Notes under the pieces: generated by a model | The model's database searches: none | What the model was told of the DNA's origin: nothing | What the model saw: the letters and a program-made list of their open reading frames with translations, nothing else | Program-made: the position numbers and the translations under genes | In this document: positions 40,670 to 52,590 of the stretch, piece by piece | Position numbering within the stretch: position 1 is the stretch's first letter | How the letters are laid out: each line of letters begins with the position of its first letter | Source of the DNA: Octopus vulgaris | Lineage: Eukaryota | Direction of reading: 5' to 3' | Length of the DNA stretch: 64,000 nucleotides | NCBI GenBank assembly: GCA_951406725.2 | Contig: OX597831.1 | Location: forward strand, 12,152,001-12,216,000

Positions 40670-41070
40670 ATGGAACATATGGATGAGGGAGACCCAGGAA
40701 AACATGTGACAAAATACTGAAGAACAATTTCAGGAAAATGAACATTTTTGAGACAGTGACAAAGGACTGAGGTATCTGGTGCCTTGCTGTACTTACGAAG
40801 GCCCATCCTCCAACGCAGAAATCTTAAGGCTGTTCCTCCTGCTGAAGAGGATTGGCCTCCAAGAGCCCTGTGCCGGTGTCACATAATAAGAGCACTTGTG
40901 CCAGCATCACATAAGAGTGCTTGTGACAGTGTCATGTTAAAAGCACCCCCTGCTAAGTGGTTGGTGTTAGGAAGGGTATCCAGCTGCATAGAACAAGTCA
41001 AATCAGACTTGTAACCTGATGCAGCTCTGGTCAAACTGTCCAACCCATGCCAGCATTGAAAACAGACATT
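40670..41070 (+). mobile_element. Older RTE LINE 3' fragment
   Basis: Pseudo-peptide GRPRKTCDKILKNNF...VTKD.GIW followed by a family A-like terminus. Confidence 0.7.
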
Positions 41071-42124
41071 GTGCATGTGTGTGTAAGTGTGTTTGTATCT
41101 CCTTGTCTTGACGTCATACAACAGTTATAAAACAGTCATCACTGTCATAGGTGCAGTGTCATTCATTTCCAATATTTTGCAAGAAAATTTAAGGCCATGG
41201 GAAAATATTATCTTGCTTGGAAAGAGGTGAGGTATGGTAACAAGAAGGGCATCTGGCTCTAGAAAATCTACCTCAATAAACTTCATCTGATTCAAGCAAG
41301 CATGAAAAAGTAGATGGCGCTAAAATGATGATGATGATGATGATATATATATATATACTACTAATATAGGATGAAGTCTTTTTACAGAGAAAAATTTCAT
41401 CAAAAAAGTGGCAGCATATTAAAATACCTTTAAAGGTTAAAATTATAAACATTATACATATATAAACAATTATATATATAGTATTATATAAATTCACACA
41501 ATACAAATACATCAGCTTCCAACACACGTTATGTTGAATCTTTTGGCAAAGCTGATACAACGAAAGTCAAATTTAGACTGAAAATATTATTTGATACTTC
41601 AAAAACAGAATCATGTTAAATAGCACGTTTTTTTCCGTTATACACACACACACAAGCACGAGCTTTTGAATTAGCCAACTGGGTAGTTTCTGTAGTCAAA
41701 CATTAAACCTGTATAGTACAACAACTATTTGCTCTGCAGTTACTTATAACTCATTAGATAGCTTGTTTGCATGAACTTCAATTCACAAATTTTCCTAAAC
41801 TGTGTGTGTGTATGTCTGTCTGTGAGGGTGCAATTGTGTGCATGTATATATGCAAGGTTTTACTGAAAACTCAGCTGAGCTTATGTTTCCTATTTTATAT
41901 ACAAATTCTTCATTTTTTTTTTTTTTATAATTCTTTTATTAGTTTATAATTTCAAAGAATGAAGTTCCAAGGTTTGTCAACATTTCCAAAATTTCTTTGT
42001 GAATCAGTTGTAAGTGGGAGGGAACGAAAATGCTGGGAATTATGATGACAGCATCCCCACTAGAAGCGCAAAGTTGTGCTTTGAATAAAAGATGTTTAAA
42101 AGAAGAGTTGTCCAACTCTATCAC

Positions 42125-42163
<39 letters not shown>

Positions 42164-42172
42164 ATCACTTAC

Positions 42173-42235
42173 CTCAATTTTTATGTTGTCCACAAGCCCT
42201 TTCATACTGCGTTTTAGCATGTCGCGACCTCCAGC
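42173..42235 (-). CDS. DGKZ: DGK exon: AGGRDMLKRSMKGLVDNIKIE
   Basis: Acceptor ttctttatctag, donor gag|gtaagt, 63 nt, phase 0 to 0. Its length fills the gap between FYAG and CDG in type IV DGKs. Confidence 0.9.
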
Positions 42236-42353
42236 CTAGATAAAGAAAATATTTTTAATCAGAGATAATATATATATATATACATATATATATAAATATA
42301 TATAGAGAAATGGTAAGACAACAAAAGAATGAAAGAAACCTTTCCGATGGCCG

Positions 42354-42414
42354 GATAACTGAAGAGATGGCAATGTGGATTTCCACCCCGACATCTGAAA
42401 CTCAGAGTTTTATC
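42354..42414 (+). ncRNA. Type I hammerhead-ribozyme-like motif in a PLE-like fragment
   Basis: GAUAA-CUGAAGA-stem II-(U)GAA-ACUC a GAGU-U-UUAUC. Confidence 0.6.
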
Positions 42415-42449
42415 ATGGCTACCAAATAATTGTCACATATTACATTTAC

Positions 42450-42486
<37 letters not shown>

Positions 42487-42646
42487 TATATTTATATATC
42501 GTTTTTGGATTTGGTTTGCAAGATTCTTTATGTGAGTTTGTGTGTTGAAGCATGTTCTGTTGTCTGGGGAGAGTCATTCTCTTTTGGTGCCTTATTATTT
42601 AACACACTCACTGGTAAAATTTCCACTCATTTACTTATTTATTTTT

Positions 42647-42683
42647 CTAAACTTTTCGTTGTATCTTGCAACCTTTTCAATAG
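42647..42683 (-). ncRNA. Variant minimal hammerhead-like motif (U3/A8)
   Basis: CUA-UUGAAAA-G-GUUG caagaua CAAC-GAA-AAGU-U-UAG. Confidence 0.35.
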
Positions 42684-43661
42684 TTGTTGATTCTGTCTCT
42701 TATTCACACCGCATTTTTGTTTGTTTGTGCGCAAGTACATGTATGTATGCGTGTGTATGCATGTATGTGTGTGTACACATATGTATATATGTATGTATGT
42801 GTGTACATTTGTATGTATGTATTCTGCATATTCATGTATTTGTGTGTTTTCATGTATGTGTGTGTGTGTGTGTGTACCTCTGTCTCCTTGTGTGTATGCA
42901 CGCCTGAGTGTGTGTGTGTATATATATGGTCATGTGTTTCAGTCTTCATTTGTGTATGTTTGCATATGTGTGCTTGTCTGTCCGTATAACCTATGTACCT
43001 ATCCATCTGTATGTCTATCTGTTTACTTTTATATCCATATGCTTACACACATGTGCATATACATATATACATACACACACATGCATACATCTATCTACAT
43101 AACAGCCCACTAACTATTCTATTCTACCTGTATAAACTGTGGGTGTGGGGGTATGATATATACTACGTATATTTCCTATTTAGTATTGGGGAAGTTTCAT
43201 ATAGGAGGATGTACTCCTGTATTTGTCTGAGTGTTGGGTCCTTTGAGTGCTTGGATAAGTTCCCTAGTAAATGGCAAACAGGGGATAACACATATACAGA
43301 TGTTCTACAAAGCAATGTAAGGGTTAACAAAACCATTTTCCTCTAAATTTACCAACCAAATAAAATCCATTTCATAAAAGATGATATCATTCTCTTCATT
43401 GTTTCATTGGTCATTTAAACTGTTAAGAAAGACTTATCGAGATTTCGGTTCATTGAGCAGCTAGTGAAGGACTTAATAGAAGGATAGGACACATTAGATA
43501 GCATAGTCCCATGTACTTAAAACAAAAAATGAAAGGGTCATGGTTGGAATGCCTACCATCATAGGTCTGCTTAATTGGGGCTAACCTAGGGTTACACAAC
43601 TGCAGCAACAACATTTAAAATAAATAAATAATAATAATAAAAAAAAACCCAACAAACTTAC

Positions 43662-43717
43662 CCCAGCATAAAACATTTTATTTCTGAATCTACTATTAAA
43701 TTTCTCTGGGTTAGCTT
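43662..43717 (-). CDS. DGKZ: DGK exon: (E)[18 protein letters not shown]
   Basis: Same as the recalled DGKZ/DGKI peptide. Acceptor ttttttccag, donor ggg|gtaagt, 56 nt, phase 1 to 0. Confidence 0.97.
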
Positions 43718-44228
43718 CTGGAAAAAATTAAAGTAGTAGAGAAATTAATAAAAACTCTATGAAGTTTAAAAATAGATGTCACAAAAGGTAAACGAAATAG
43801 TTCCAAGTATGAAAATATTGAAGTGTTAAGTTAGGTGTGTCTGAGCAAACTTAGAAGGAAAGAATTAAGCTTCTCTCCATCTGATGTCATTTTGTATTTT
43901 TTTTCTTTTCTATGGCTTAGTCAGAAAAAGAAAATGCAGTTACTTTTTGCAGAACCTAGAAAAAAAGGTGCATCACCTTGAATAATTTTAGTTTGAACGC
44001 ATCAACCCAAATATCGTTAGCATACCGGGCAAAATGCTTAGTGGCACTTCGCCCGTACTTATGTTCTGAATTCAAATTCCACCAATCAACTTTGCCTCTC
44101 ATTCTTTTGGGGTTGATGAAAGAAATACCAGTCAAGTATTGGGGTTGATGGAATCGACTATCTCCCCATTCTCCAATTCCAGGCCTTGTGCCAAGAGTAG
44201 AAAGGATTATTATTATCATTATTATAAT

Positions 44229-45110
44229 TCATCATCATTTAACATCCATTTTCCATGCTGGCATGGGTTGGACGGTTTGACCAGGGTCTTGGAAGCCAGG
44301 CAGCTGCACCAGGCTCCAATCTGATCTGGCAGTGTTTCTACAGCTGGATGCCCTTCCTAACATCAACCACTCCATGAGTGTAGTGGGTGCTTTTTACGTG
44401 CCACCGGTATGGGTATCACAACTACAATTTCCATTTGATTTTTATTTTGATGTTGATGTACTTGACTCAATAGGTCTCCTGAAGCGCAGCAGGTCACCCT
44501 ACGATCCAAGGTAAGCACAGTAGGTCATCCTCTGATCCGAGGTACTTTGAATGGGCTAGGGCTGGTTATGTGAATCTGGTGTAGGATACGCCATGGACTC
44601 ACTTCATTTGTCGGGTCTTTGCAGTCACAGCCTATCTCCAGAGATCTCGGTCCTTCGTTATTGTCTCTGTGAGGCCCAATGTTCATAGATCATGCTTGAC
44701 TACCTCATCCCATGTCTTCCTGAGTCTACCTCTCCCCCTGATACCTTCAACTGTTTGGGAGCGGCACTTCTTCACACATCTCTCCTCATCCATCCATAGT
44801 ACATGACCATACCAGCGCAAACGTCTCTCTTGCACGCCACATCTGATGCTTCTGATATTCAGCATTTCTCTCACAACATTTCTCTGTTGTGTGTGCATCC
44901 TGACATTACACATCCAACAGATCATGCTAGCTTTATTTCTTTCGAGCCTATGCATGTCCTCCGCAGTTACGGCCTATGTTTCACTGCCGTGAAGCATGGC
45001 AGTTCGCACACATGCATCGTACAATCTACCTTTCACTCTGAGTGAGAGACCCTTTGTTACCAGTAGGGGTAGAAGCTTTCTAAACTTTGCCCAGGCTATT
45101 CTTATTCTAG
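44229..45110 (-). mobile_element. 5'-truncated RTE-clade LINE (ORF C-terminus, 3' UTR, (GAT)n tail)
   Basis: ORFs 44974..45165 and 44683..44955 give RIRIAWAKFR.LLPLL..KGRLY.ACVR.AMLHGSET, RRLRWYGHV and GRGR.RKTW, RTE C-terminal motifs. They are contiguous with the family A terminus. Confidence 0.92.
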
Positions 45111-45220
45111 TAGTAATTATTATTATTATTATTATTATTATCTGACAGAGAGAAAAAAAATCCATTTAAGAGATATTACAGGAATATTTCTGAATCAACC
45201 AATAACAATTGATGACGTAC

Positions 45221-45369
45221 CTCGTGACTCATGGAATTCTAAGGCAACATGGGCATCAGCTCCAAGGCTGAAGTAATTGTTGAAAACATCCAGTGGCAGT
45301 CTATCAGCTGCACCCTCATCAAGTGGATCTGGTTCTGCATCTTCTTTTAGAATCACTTCTAGATTCCAG
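45221..45369 (-). CDS. DGKZ: DGK exon: [49 protein letters not shown](E)
   Basis: Contains the accessory-domain start motif [11 protein letters not shown]...LEFHESRE. Acceptor tttcctttccag, donor gag|gtacgt, 149 nt, phase 2 to 1. Confidence 0.97.
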
Positions 45370-46865
45370 CTGGAAAGGAAATAAATTGCGAATTAAATCA
45401 TTTCCAATCTGACATGGAAAAGACAAAAAGAAAAACAGGACAAAAGTTAGCTTCACGACTACAGAATTTCAGATTGAGTCCAAACGAACGGTGCTTTGTG
45501 CATCTTCTACAGCTCTAACCAAAGCTCTGAGTAAATCTAGTAAAATGCTTGTGTGTGTGTTTGCAACAGCAGTAGTAGCACAGAATCTGTGACATGTAGG
45601 CAGTGTGGCTGTTGGCATTTCTCTTGCCAACCAATCATTCACTCCCCTTTGTGTCTTTGAAGCTGCTTGGAGTAAGAAATCTCTTGGGAAATAGGCAAGG
45701 ATTAGTAACAGGAAGGGAATTTGGCTATAAAACAGTGCCTCAGTGATGTATTTATCCAACCCATGCAAGCATGGAAAAATAGATGTGAAGCAAAAAAATA
45801 CACAGATACACACACAAAAACACACACACACACACAAACACACCCACACACCCACACACTCATTTCCTATCTCTAATCACCTCTCACACTATTTTCACTC
45901 CCTGCACTTTTATTTGACATATTCCCCTCTCAGATTCATACACTTATTGCAGCAGTCATTCAGTTTTTTCAGCACCCTCTCATGTGTGTGTGTAAGCACA
46001 CACACACACACACGCACAGATGTGTGAGTAAATACTCATACCCATTCACACACAAGTAGGCTTTCACACACAGATATACCCCCACCACACACACACACAC
46101 ACACACATGCAAGTACCCCTAAATCCATGTCTACATTGGGGTCATTTCTGAAAGCCTAACCTGTGTTTTGTCAAGAAGCATTTCACCAAACTGAGATCAA
46201 TAAAAACATAAATACTAGACTGAAATAATCACTGGAATTAATATAAATGATTAAAAAAAAAACCTTTATTGAAGTTAGAGCCCAAGCATGGCCACAGTCA
46301 GTGACAGGAACCAATAAAAGCACCTCTGATACAATGGTACATTTGATAAAGTCTATTTGGTCATCTAAACCATAAAATAAGCCATGCATACAGCAGAGAC
46401 AGGATTCTGCTTTACTATTTTATAGCCACAAGTTTCAAGTGTATGGACTGATCTCTGCTGGCACTCAACATTATTTGCAATGTTTTTCGTTTCGTTCTAC
46501 AACTACTCTCACATGCTAACATGAACTGGACCAGCTTGTGGTTGTCGATATTAAATTAAAAGCTGATATTTCACACCTCAACAATCTTCTCAGAGCTAAT
46601 CACAGGATTGTGTTAAGGAAACGAAAAAAAAAAAAAGGAGGGGGAATAAAACTAGAAGGAGGAGAAGAGGTATGGCTTTTCAATCTAGGTAAGCCGAGGT
46701 AAAAGCAAACAGTGTCACGACTTGCTTGGAAAGAGGGAATTGATATTAATCACTTTTATCTTGTAGGATGACACAACTGAAATATTCTAGAAGTAATCAA
46801 TCAATCTAAATTCAATACTTTTAACAATGACATCCTTTCCATATAGACAATATCAACAAGTATAA

Positions 46866-47213
46866 GCACAGGCATGGCTGTGTGGTAAGAAGTTTGCTTC
46901 CCAGCTATGTGGTTCCAGGTTCAGTCCCACTATATGGATCTGGGGCAAGTAGCTTCCAGTATATCCTGAGGCCAAACAAAGGGTTGTGGATTTAGATTTG
47001 GTAGCTGGAAACTGAAAGAAGACCATAACATATATATGTGTGCATGTCCCCTATCACAACTTAGCAATTCGGCATAAGGGACCAACAGACTAAGAACCAA
47101 GCTTAAAAAAGAATATAAATCCTGGGGTCGACTTGTTTGACTAAAACTCTTCAAAGCAGTGCCCCAGCATGGCCACAGTCGAATGACTGGAACGAGTAAG
47201 AGATACAAGATAC
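46866..47213 (+). mobile_element. SINE family C
   Basis: gcacaggcatggctgtgtggtaagaag...ggttcagtcccac...cagcatggccacagtc. Further copies near 6585, 15115, 16075, 25580, 61165, 63113 and 63420. Confidence 0.85.
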
Positions 47214-47303
47214 AAATGATAAGCCAAACAAGAAAGCCTCTATGCAGTTGTTCAAATTGCTAGAAATAGAAGCTGAACATCTTTTAAATCACGCTTTATT
47301 GTC

Positions 47304-47531
47304 TTAAGCCTTTAGCATTTAATCCAGTCATATCCAGTCCAAATATTCTGCCTATTTTATGCTAAAACTGAGCAGATCCAACCTCTCACATCTACCCTAC
47401 AATGTCATTCTCAAAATATACAAACACACCATTGAAATCTTGAAGCTACAAGATAATGCATGATTAATTCAAAACAATGCGATCAAACAAGCTTTACATT
47501 TGGTAGAGTTATCTGAATGCTAAAGAGTTAA
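47304..47531 (-). mobile_element. TTAA piggyBac-type MITE (family D) inserted in a family E repeat
   Basis: ttaagcctttagcatt...aatgctaaagagttaa. Confidence 0.8.
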
Positions 47532-48324
47532 GATAAAAGGAAAGGCGTACACGATAACGTAGTCCTTGATACACTATGGCAGAATAGAAGACAGGATAAT
47601 CAGGGATGACCTGAAGTGAAAGAACAACCAACAGGTCATCTCTTCTGAATATCTCATTTCCATAACTAAACAACAGCTTTCTGGAACTTTCTTTTCATGT
47701 TATTTCTTTAACTAAACCAGGAACAGTCCAAAGAAAACATTAATCACACCAAACCTTACCGAGTTAGTTCTATCCTTCAGCCAAGGAATGAAGGAAAATG
47801 TTATAAGCACTGATTTTAAGATATCTGACTAATAAAGAAGAAGAAGAAGAAGAAGAAGAAGAAGAAGAAGAAGAAGAAGAAAGTAAACAGAAAACTATGA
47901 TATCAAAATTGTATTTGATACTCAAAAGAAGTAAAAGAAAAAATTAAACATGAATAATAAGCATTAAAATCATAATAAGCCTGTTCTATAAATGTGTGTG
48001 TGTGTGTTTGTGAGAGCGTGTATATATATGTGAATGTATGTATATATGTATGTGTGTCTGTTGGTTTCACCACTTGACAACCAATGTTGAGTTGCTTGTG
48101 TCCAAGTAACTTAGAAGGTTTGCAAAAAAAGGAGAAAAAAAAAAGAAAAAGGCTGATAGAGAAAGTACTGGGGGCAGTTTGACTGACTAGCTCCCTTTCA
48201 AGGTCTCAGCATGGCCTCAGTCCAATGATGGAAACAAGTGAAACAAATTTTTTTAAATATCTCTGAAATACAATTCATGATTACTTCAAACAACACCACA
48301 GGCTAATTAATATTTCTCATAGAA

Positions 48325-48526
48325 AAGGTGGTGAGCTGGCAGAAACATTAGCATACCGGGCGAAATTTCATCCGTCTTTATATTCTGGGTTCAAATTCTG
48401 CCCAGGTTGACTTTGCCTTTCATCCTTTCGGGGTCAATTAATTAAGTACCAGTTGCATACTGGAGTTGATCTAATTGACTTGCCCCCTCCCCCCAAAATT
48501 TCGGGCCTTGTTCCTAGAGCAGAAAA
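48325..48526 (+). mobile_element. SINE family B with TSD
   Basis: 17-bp TSD taatatttctcatagaa at 48308-48324 and 48527-48543. Confidence 0.9.
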
Positions 48527-48837
48527 TAATATTTCTCATAGAACTCAGAAGAAACTAATAACCATTGTTGTTCTTTATGAAACTTTGGTTTCAACTTTTA
48601 GATGAATAAACACAATGTTTGAAGCAATATCATCTTTGTGATCCTTCCTTAACCACATCAGTCTTTCCTATTGGAGGTATTTACAGAACAACAACAATAA
48701 GGACAGCTCATCTATAAAGCAACAAGTTAATCAGATAAAATAATGCACCCTTGAATATTAATAAACGTTTTCTAAATGACAACTAGAGTTATTCTAGAGG
48801 GTTAAATTGAATTCGGTCAGCAATTTGCGTTTGTGGA

Positions 48838-49067
48838 TTAACCCTTTAGCTTTCAAATTCCTCAGTCAAATGTAATGCACATCATTTCATGCTGTCTTGA
48901 GAATTAATCCTGCATTATCTCATAACTTCGAGATTTCAGTGATGTGATTGTTTATTTTTAGAATGACATTGTAGGGTAAGAGTGACAGGCCAGATCTGGA
49001 CATTTGGAACATAAAAAACGGAGACTATTTGGGTTGGATATGGCCAGCTTAGATGTTAATGGGTTAA
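48838..49067 (+). mobile_element. TTAA piggyBac-type MITE (family D)
   Basis: ttaaccctttagc...gggttaa. The internal tagaatgacattgtagggt is shared by five copies. Confidence 0.85.
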
Positions 49068-49932
49068 AGCTTTCTTTCGATGGTAAATGACCCCTAATTT
49101 AGAGAAAAGGAAGAAGAAAACATTCATGACTACCTGAAAGCAATTAGTAGTTTACATAAAATGATTTGTCTACATTTAAGTAAGAAAGCTATGTGGGTCC
49201 TTACTCTTTGAGACATTTTAATATCTCCTTGTCCACCAAATTTGTGTGAAGTAAACTTCAAAATTCATACAATGAAAACTCAAAAGGGCAACAAACATGT
49301 CTTATCTGTAGAGTCTCCAAGATTGGTTAAGGCAGAGAGAGAGAGATATACAGCAATTGAAGAGTTACTGCAACAGGAAGCAATGCTTGAAGATTATGAG
49401 TTATCCTCACATCAGAGACCAGATTACAACAGAGTGACCTATGCTAAAGACATGCAGCGGATTGTGCTGAAGTAAATGACAAATTAATCCTAGCCCACAA
49501 GAACAAACAGTCTTGTTAAGCTTCCATACAATTTCCACACAGCCAATTTCATTCACAAGACTTAGGTTAATGAACAGAGGATATGATAGAAGAAACTTGC
49601 TCAAGATAATCATTATCATAATTTAATGTCCATTTCTCCATGTATGCATGGTTTAGACAGAATTTATTAGGGTAGATTTTTTACAGTTGGGTGTCCTTTC
49701 TGCAATAAGCAGAGGAAATGAAGACAAAACCTTATGATTATGGAGTAAACTTCCCAACTATTGTTGAGTAAAGATTGTTTGCCAACATAACATGGCAGTC
49801 CTGGTTTAGGATGAATGTTGCTGTAATTTAGTCCCAGGAGACATTGTCTCCAGCTGGCTGTATGACACGATCTGTGTCCTTAAATTTTCAAACAAAGGAA
49901 TCTAGCACTCCCATTCAGCACAAAATACAATA

Positions 49933-49977
49933 TCTGTGTATCGCGATTTCCAAGTTATTTCCCTTCATCAGCACAGA
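49933..49977 (-). ncRNA. Minimal type I hammerhead ribozyme motif, canonical core, PLE-type
   Basis: UCUGUG-CUGAUGA-AGGG aaauaa CUUG-GAA-AUCGCGAU-A-CACAGA: 6-bp stem I, palindromic stem III, weak stem II. Confidence 0.7.
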
Positions 49978-50711
49978 GTAATTGTTCGGCTAGAGGTGGC
50001 GCTGCCAAATTCCTGTTCGAAATATATAGTTTTCAAAGTGACAACTAGTCACTGATCTATAAATTAGAAAATTACTATTTTTAAATCTTGCCCTCTTGTT
50101 GAGTAATCTAAAATCTTGGGCAGACATACAGAGCATGGCAGTAGCCAAATAAACACCTTAGACTGACCCATAAAATTGGTTTCAAATTTTAGTAGAAGGC
50201 CAGCAATTTTGAAGGAGGGCTAAGTTGAGTACATTAACCCCAGTGTTCAACTAGTACTTATTTTATTGACCCTGAAATGATGAAAATTAAGGTCGATCCT
50301 GGCAGAAATTCTCTGATTAGATTACTACCAAATTTTGATCTTATAGTTATTCATATTGTAAGGCTAAACATTTGACATCCTTTTGATGCCAACCCATTCA
50401 ACATCAACATTTAGTTCTACGATACACACCCATGGTTCTATAATGATCTAAAATAAAACCTTCTGTCAAAATGTAGATTATGTTTGAAAAATCAACTTGA
50501 TAATAATTCAGATATTTTCCAAAATTCATCATATACTTTTAAGCATAAACTAAGCAAAGTCAGAGTATTTTAACAGAATTACGGTAATAATAGAGTTAAA
50601 TTTAACTGTATTTGGCATACGGGGAATCTTTAGTATAAATCAAAATCTTTAATACAGAAGAATACAGAAATTTCAGAACATTTACATATTATTGTATATT
50701 GTCTGGCAATA

Positions 50712-50919
50712 TTGTCTGGCACCTGTGTCGGTGGCACATAAAATCACCCACTACACTCTCGGAGTGGTTGGCGTTAGGAAGGGCATCCAGCTGTAGAAAC
50801 ACTGCCACATCTGACTGGCCTGGTGCAGCCTTCGGGCTTCCCAGACCCCAGTTGAACCGTCCAACCCATGCCAGCATGGAAAGCGGACGTTAAACGATGA
50901 TGATGATGATGATGATGAT
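50712..50919 (+). mobile_element. Family A (RTE 3' end), short
   Basis: One anchor, conserved terminus and (GAT)n. Confidence 0.85.
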
Positions 50920-51449
50920 GTATAGTGGTACAATACATATAAGAAATTTGAAGCCTTGTCACATAAGCATAGGAATAAATAACTTTGCAAAGCAAAATGT
51001 TAAATAGAAAAATGGTTTTGTACGTTGACAACTTCAAGATAAATCATTCTCTTTAAACAATGGTCAAATTGACCAATATAACTAACTTGATAGGAAACTG
51101 CCTCAAAACAAATCTACCAAGATGCAATTGAATGTGTGTGTGTGTGTTGTGTGTGTGTGTATGTGTGTGTGTGTGTGTGTGTGTGCATGCGTTGTGTGTG
51201 TGTGAAGCGATTGTTTACAGGTTGCCAAAGTGTTTGAAAATTTCCTGCAGGGAAACAGACTTGTAATCTGTTTATTGTAAGTTAATAAATATTTAAACTC
51301 AAGTATGCTTCGATTACTTTATTTTGTTTGTCATCCAATCTGTTCTCAGGAAATAGAACTTTGCAACATTTTACATTACTATATATATATATATACGTTT
51401 AAATATTTGTTGTGCAAGATTTTTTATGTGAAGTCGTGTGTTGAAACAG

Positions 51450-51899
51450 ATATTGTTATATTTCGGAATGGTCATATTGCCAGTTTAGCCAATAAAAACA
51501 CACGCACTATATATTTGGTGTTATTTTGCTTCAGTGATATTTATTTTTTACATTAATCTTAATCTTATTTCGGCCAAAGTTCTTTCGTCACAGTGGTCCT
51601 TTGTTTTCTTCTCACTTACTTGTGTCTCTCCTTACTAACCGTCAGCCATTTTGTATTTCTATTGTATGTCTTCATACAATAGAAATACAAAATGGCTGAC
51701 GGTTAGTAAGGAGAGACACAAGTAAGTGAGAAGAAAACAAAGGACCACTGATGCGGTCACAGGAGTGTGACGAAAGAACTTTGGCCGAAATAAGATTAAG
51801 ATTAATGTAAAAATAAATATCACTGAAGCAAAATAACACCAAATATATAGTGCGTGTGTTTTTATTGGCTAAACTGGCAATATGACCATTCCGAAATAT

Positions 51900-51907
<8 letters not shown>
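51450..51907. repeat. Long near-perfect inverted repeat (219/235-bp arms, 4-nt loop), PLE-like terminus
   Basis: 51450-51668 is the reverse complement of 51673-51907 except for one 17-bp and one 1-bp indel. Confidence 0.95.
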
Positions 51908-51963
<56 letters not shown>

Positions 51964-52126
51964 ATATATATAATAAACAATCGAGTAATTTCTTAAAATT
52001 CAAAATGTACACAAAATTTCAAGACTAAAAAATTATATGAAATTGTTTGAGAGAGAGAGAGAGAGGGGGAAGAGATGGAGGGAAGGAGAGAGAGAGAGAC
52101 AGAGAGAGAGGATGAAGAGAGGGAGG

Positions 52127-52175
<49 letters not shown>

Positions 52176-52190
52176 GAAAAATGTGTTTAC

Positions 52191-52261
52191 CGGTCTAGCT
52201 GAACAACTTGGCCATCTTCAACGTGACACAAGATTTTTGAGATGGGTTCATCTGTATAGCC
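52191..52261 (-). CDS. DGKZ: Diacylglycerol kinase type IV (zeta/iota, rdgA-like), first exon in window: [23 protein letters not shown](R)
   Basis: Manual minus-strand translation resembles recalled DGKZ [24 protein letters not shown]. AG acceptor, CG|GTAAAC donor, 71 nt, phase 0 to 2, in frame with the next exon. Confidence 0.93.
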
Positions 52262-52590
52262 CTTTTTTTTTTGTAAAAAATAAAAAAGAAAATATGAATA
52301 ATTAAAAATAATTGTCCAGCAGCTTGAAAAATAATAATAATGATAATCTTTACAACAAAACATTTTATTCAGACATTGGCATAAAACTATAAATTTGAAG
52401 CAGACTTCAGTTGATTATTTCATACATTTTATTAAATAACAACAACAACGGTTTCCTATTTAGGCACAAATACAGTAATTTTGAGGAGGAATTAATCAAT
52501 ACCATTAACCCAAATACCTGACTAATGCTTTAATTTATTGAGACTGAAGGGACAAAAGACAAAGACCTCATTAGGATTTGAACACTGAAT

